A DNA stretch of 51,587 nt, from positions 1 through 51,587 of the forward strand of contig JANRLW010000082.1 in NCBI GenBank assembly GCA_033762295.1. Reading direction: 5' to 3'. The translations under genes were made by a program, and so were the position numbers. The notes beneath the pieces are model-generated. The model made no database searches, had not been told where the DNA came from, and saw only the letters and a list, made by a program, of their open reading frames with translations. The stretch is from Capsulimonadales bacterium (GTDB lineage Bacteria > Armatimonadota > Armatimonadia > Armatimonadales > Armatimonadaceae). This document shows, one piece after another, positions 48,632 to 51,587 of the stretch (within the stretch, counting starts at the first letter, position 1; every line of letters starts with the position of its first letter).

Positions 48632-49714
48632 CGCCAGACGATCGCGGTGGACGACTTCGGGTCGGCGGATGTCGGGCAGCGCCGCGGTCGGCAGTCCGGC
48701 GACGGCGCGCAACTCGGCGGCGGCATAGTCGGTGAGGCCGCGCGCGAACGTTTCGCCGTTTCCATCGGCGATATCGACCGGATCGCCCGCGCCGAACTCT
48801 CCGGCGACCCCGATCACGCCGACCGGCAGGAGGGAGCGGCCCTCCTCCTCCAGGGCGCGGCGTGCGCAGGCGTTGACCGTCACGACACCGCGCGGATGTC
48901 CGGACGCCCAGGCCAGCCAGCGTTTCCGGGCCGAGGGGCGTTTGGCGGCGGGATGAAAGTACGTTCCGGCTCCGCGCATCCCGGCCAGACATTCGGCCAC
49001 GATACGCGGACGGCGTCCGTGCGCGATCCACATCCCGGCCCCGGACGAGACGGCAATCGCCGCGGCGTTCAGTTTGGTGATCATGCCCCCGGTCCCGCCC
49101 GGTGTCCCGGCCCCGCCCGCCATCGCCCGTATCTCCGGGGTGACCCGTGTGACGGTCTCCACCAGTTGCGCGTCGGCATGGACCGTCGGGTTTTTATCGT
49201 AAAGTCCGTTCACATCGGACAGAAGGATCAACAGGTCGGCGTCGACCAGCGAGGTGACGAGCGCGGCCAGGGTATCGTTGTCGCCGACTTTGATCTCATC
49301 GATCGCGACCGTATCGTTCTCATTGACGATCGGCAATGCGCCCACGGCCAGCAGCGCCTCGAAGGTGTTGCGGGCGTTCACGTACCGGGCGCGATGGGAA
49401 AGATCGTCGCGCGTCAGGAGCACCTGCCCGACGGCGATCCCGTAGTTGGCGAAGATATCGGCGTAGATCCCCATCAGAACGCCCTGTCCGACGGAGGCGG
49501 TCGCCTGTTTGGCGGGAATCGTACGTGGCTTTTCGGCCAGTCCCAGCCGGAGCATCCCCGCCCGGATCGCCCCGGACGAGACCAGAACCACCTGCCGTCC
49601 GAACGCCCGCTGGTCGGCGATCTGCGCCGCCAGGCTGTTGATATAGACCCGGTCCGGGCTGCCGGAACCGCCGGTCAGGGTTGAGGTGCCCACCTTGATA
49701 ACGATACGTTTCAT
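48620..49714 (-). CDS. proB: Glutamate 5-kinase
   Basis: IVIKVGTSTL, VSSGAI, PIVNENDTV, GDNDTL, GTGGMITKL; PUA domain. Confidence 0.97.
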   Translation of the reverse strand: MKRIVIKVGTSTLTGGSGSPDRVYINSLAAQIADQRAFGRQVVLVSSGAIRAGMLRLGLAEKPRTIPAKQATASVGQGVLMGIYADIFANYGIAVGQVLLTRDDLSHRARYVNARNTFEALLAVGALPIVNENDTVAIDEIKVGDNDTLAALVTSLVDADLLILLSDVNGLYDKNPTVHADAQLVETVTRVTPEIRAMAGGAGTPGGTGGMITKLNAAAIAVSSGAGMWIAHGRRPRIVAECLAGMRGAGTYFHPAAKRPSARKRWLAWASGHPRGVVTVNACARRALEEEGRSLLPVGVIGVAGEFGAGDPVDIADGNGETFARGLTDYAAAELRAVAGLPTAALPDIRRPEVVHRDRLALLS

Positions 49715-49893
49715 GCTTCCGCCCGGCTATTTTACAGCATTCGGACGAGTTTCGAGGAAAATCCCGGCGCATCCGTCCGGAGGACTTGACGATTCGACCG
49801 GAGGATTGCTATAATTCTTACCGTTGGAGGAAGGTTCGTTATTCCTCCCTTGATTTGTCCCTTCGTTATTTTACTGAACGGAAAGCGGTGTCT

Positions 49894-51585
49894 ATGTCGT
49901 TCCCGTCCGTTGGTGTCCCGCGTTCTCTGCGCGTCCGGCACGTTCTTTCGTCCGGTTTAGCCGTCCTGTTCCTCTCGACCGCTCTCGCCCCCGCCCGGGC
50001 GCAGAAACCCTCCCCGGTACCGTCACCGAGTGTCGGACAGTTTTCTTCGGTCAAGCAATTGTCGGCCCGTATTCGAGCGATCAAGGCGCAGCGCAAGCGC
50101 GAGAAGAGCAAGAAGCCGGGAACGGGTTACCTCGAGGCGCTGCTCTGGTACACCCGCCTGCGCGCCTTTCCGAACGACACCATCGACGGTGCGGCCGTCC
50201 GACGCGCCGCGGCGGCGCGGGCGCGGATGCCCGTGGCGACCCTTGGCGGTCTTCCGAGTGGCCCGAACGGCCCGATCACCAATGCCGCCGGAGCGGTCAC
50301 CGGCACCCGCTGGGAGTTCGTCGGCCCGCGCAGTCTGCCGGTCCCCTATGTGATCTACTTCGGCGCGGCCAACTCGACCGTTACCGGCCGAATCAACGAC
50401 GTAGCCTACGCGCCGTCACAACCCTCGATCGTCTACCTGGCCGCGGCGGGCGGCGGCGTCTGGAAATCGGTCAACGGCGGCGTCAACTGGTCCCCGCTCG
50501 GCGACTCGTTCGACTTCCTCTACGCCTCCCGCGTCGCCATCGACCCGAACGACCCGAACACCGTCTATGTCGGTCAGGGGGATTTCGACGGGTTCCAGGG
50601 CATCGGTTACGGCGGCGGCATTATGAAGTCGACCGACGGCGGCATCACCTGGACCAAACTCGGCGGAGCGGAACTGGCCACGATGTCGGTCAGCGGAATC
50701 GTGATCGATCCCGAAAACCCGCAGATCATTACCGTGTCCGCCGGTCGCAATCCGAACGGCGTCGGTTACCTCTACCGTTCGACGAACGGCGGATCGACCT
50801 GGGTGCGCGCTTCCGTCCCGAGTATTCCCAGCGGTCAGTACGGTTCCTGGTGTGATATCAAGGCAGGAGAACGCAACGCATCCACCGGTGTCCGGTACTA
50901 CTACGCTACCTGCCACTTCAGCTTCTGGAATACTATTCCCGGCCTGTATCGCTCCTCCGACCGGGGAGCGACCTGGACCAAACTGACGACGGCCGGCACC
51001 ACACAGAACCGCTGGGACAGCCTCTACCGGGTCGCTCCCTCCGCCATCGACCCGAACACGCTCTACTTCATTCGTGGGGAGGTCGGGTCCGGCGGCTACA
51101 CCGGTTCCATCTATCGCGGCGTTCGCAACAGCACGACCGACACCTACACCTGGACCGATATCAAAGGCAATTTCCCCACCGGTTCGAGCAACTATAACTG
51201 GAGCCAGCAGTGGTACGACCTGCATATCGAGGCGGCGCGTGCTACGGTCAACGGTCAACCGACCGATATCCTCTATGCCGGAGCCATCACCCTCGCCGCG
51301 TCCGTCGGAGGCAACGGCACCTGGTCCGACATCGGGCGCACCTACCAGAGCAACGCCATCACCCATAACGATCAGCACTGCGGCGCCTTCAACCCGTCCA
51401 ACCCGCTGACCGGTCTGATCGGCAACGACGGCGGCCTCTACGGGGTGACCTTCAATCCCGTCAATCAGACCTGGACGATCGACTCGGGACGCAATGTCTC
51501 CCTGGGCCTGACCCAGTTCTACCACGCCGACTGGCACCCGTCCGACCCGTCCCGGATGCTGGGCGGGACGCAGGACAACGCCACC
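49894..51585 (+). CDS. Large secreted BNR/Asp-box beta-propeller protein, partial (runs off the window, absent from the ORF track)
   Basis: ATG at 49894; signal peptide ending ARA-Q; WEFVGP, GRINDVA, WKSVNGGVNW, KSTDGGITW, RSTNGGSTW, RSSDRGATW, GNDGG, GGTQDN. Confidence 0.9.
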   Translation, partial: MSFPSVGVPRSLRVRHVLSSGLAVLFLSTALAPARAQKPSPVPSPSVGQFSSVKQLSARIRAIKAQRKREKSKKPGTGYLEALLWYTRLRAFPNDTIDGAAVRRAAAARARMPVATLGGLPSGPNGPITNAAGAVTGTRWEFVGPRSLPVPYVIYFGAANSTVTGRINDVAYAPSQPSIVYLAAAGGGVWKSVNGGVNWSPLGDSFDFLYASRVAIDPNDPNTVYVGQGDFDGFQGIGYGGGIMKSTDGGITWTKLGGAELATMSVSGIVIDPENPQIITVSAGRNPNGVGYLYRSTNGGSTWVRASVPSIPSGQYGSWCDIKAGERNASTGVRYYYATCHFSFWNTIPGLYRSSDRGATWTKLTTAGTTQNRWDSLYRVAPSAIDPNTLYFIRGEVGSGGYTGSIYRGVRNSTTDTYTWTDIKGNFPTGSSNYNWSQQWYDLHIEAARATVNGQPTDILYAGAITLAASVGGNGTWSDIGRTYQSNAITHNDQHCGAFNPSNPLTGLIGNDGGLYGVTFNPVNQTWTIDSGRNVSLGLTQFYHADWHPSDPSRMLGGTQDNAT

Positions 51586-51587
51586 CC

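Noticed and set aside
50416..51537. 373-aa minus-strand ORF
   Set aside because: Shadow of the plus-strand BNR-repeat gene starting at 49894

Overview
High-GC bacterial chromosomal window. The multiple DUF1559 prepilin-like genes, the PSD1/DUF1501 pair and the gene style suggest Armatimonadota or a PVC-like lineage (inference). It opens at the 3' end of groEL, followed by a ~1.9 kb integrase-free islet bounded by a perfect 87-bp direct repeat. Next is a PSD1 cytochrome-c / DUF1501 gene pair, split by a DUF559 endonuclease gene embedded in two clusters of palindromic repeats with ~61-bp period and unique spacers; this is the best candidate for an undescribed system. Then come an accessory patch (zeta-like ATPase pair, Zn-finger protein, stop-interrupted HAF-repeat gene) and a prepilin/phosphoesterase locus with Pho-box-like repeats. 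The rest is housekeeping genes (metX, surE, ald, glycerate kinase, proB), c-di-GMP enzymes, an AbrB-Doc toxin-antitoxin pair, two tandem paralogous unknown proteins, a MarR/RND efflux locus and a BNR-repeat secreted protein cut off by the window end. All family assignments come from motif recognition by eye; no searches were run.
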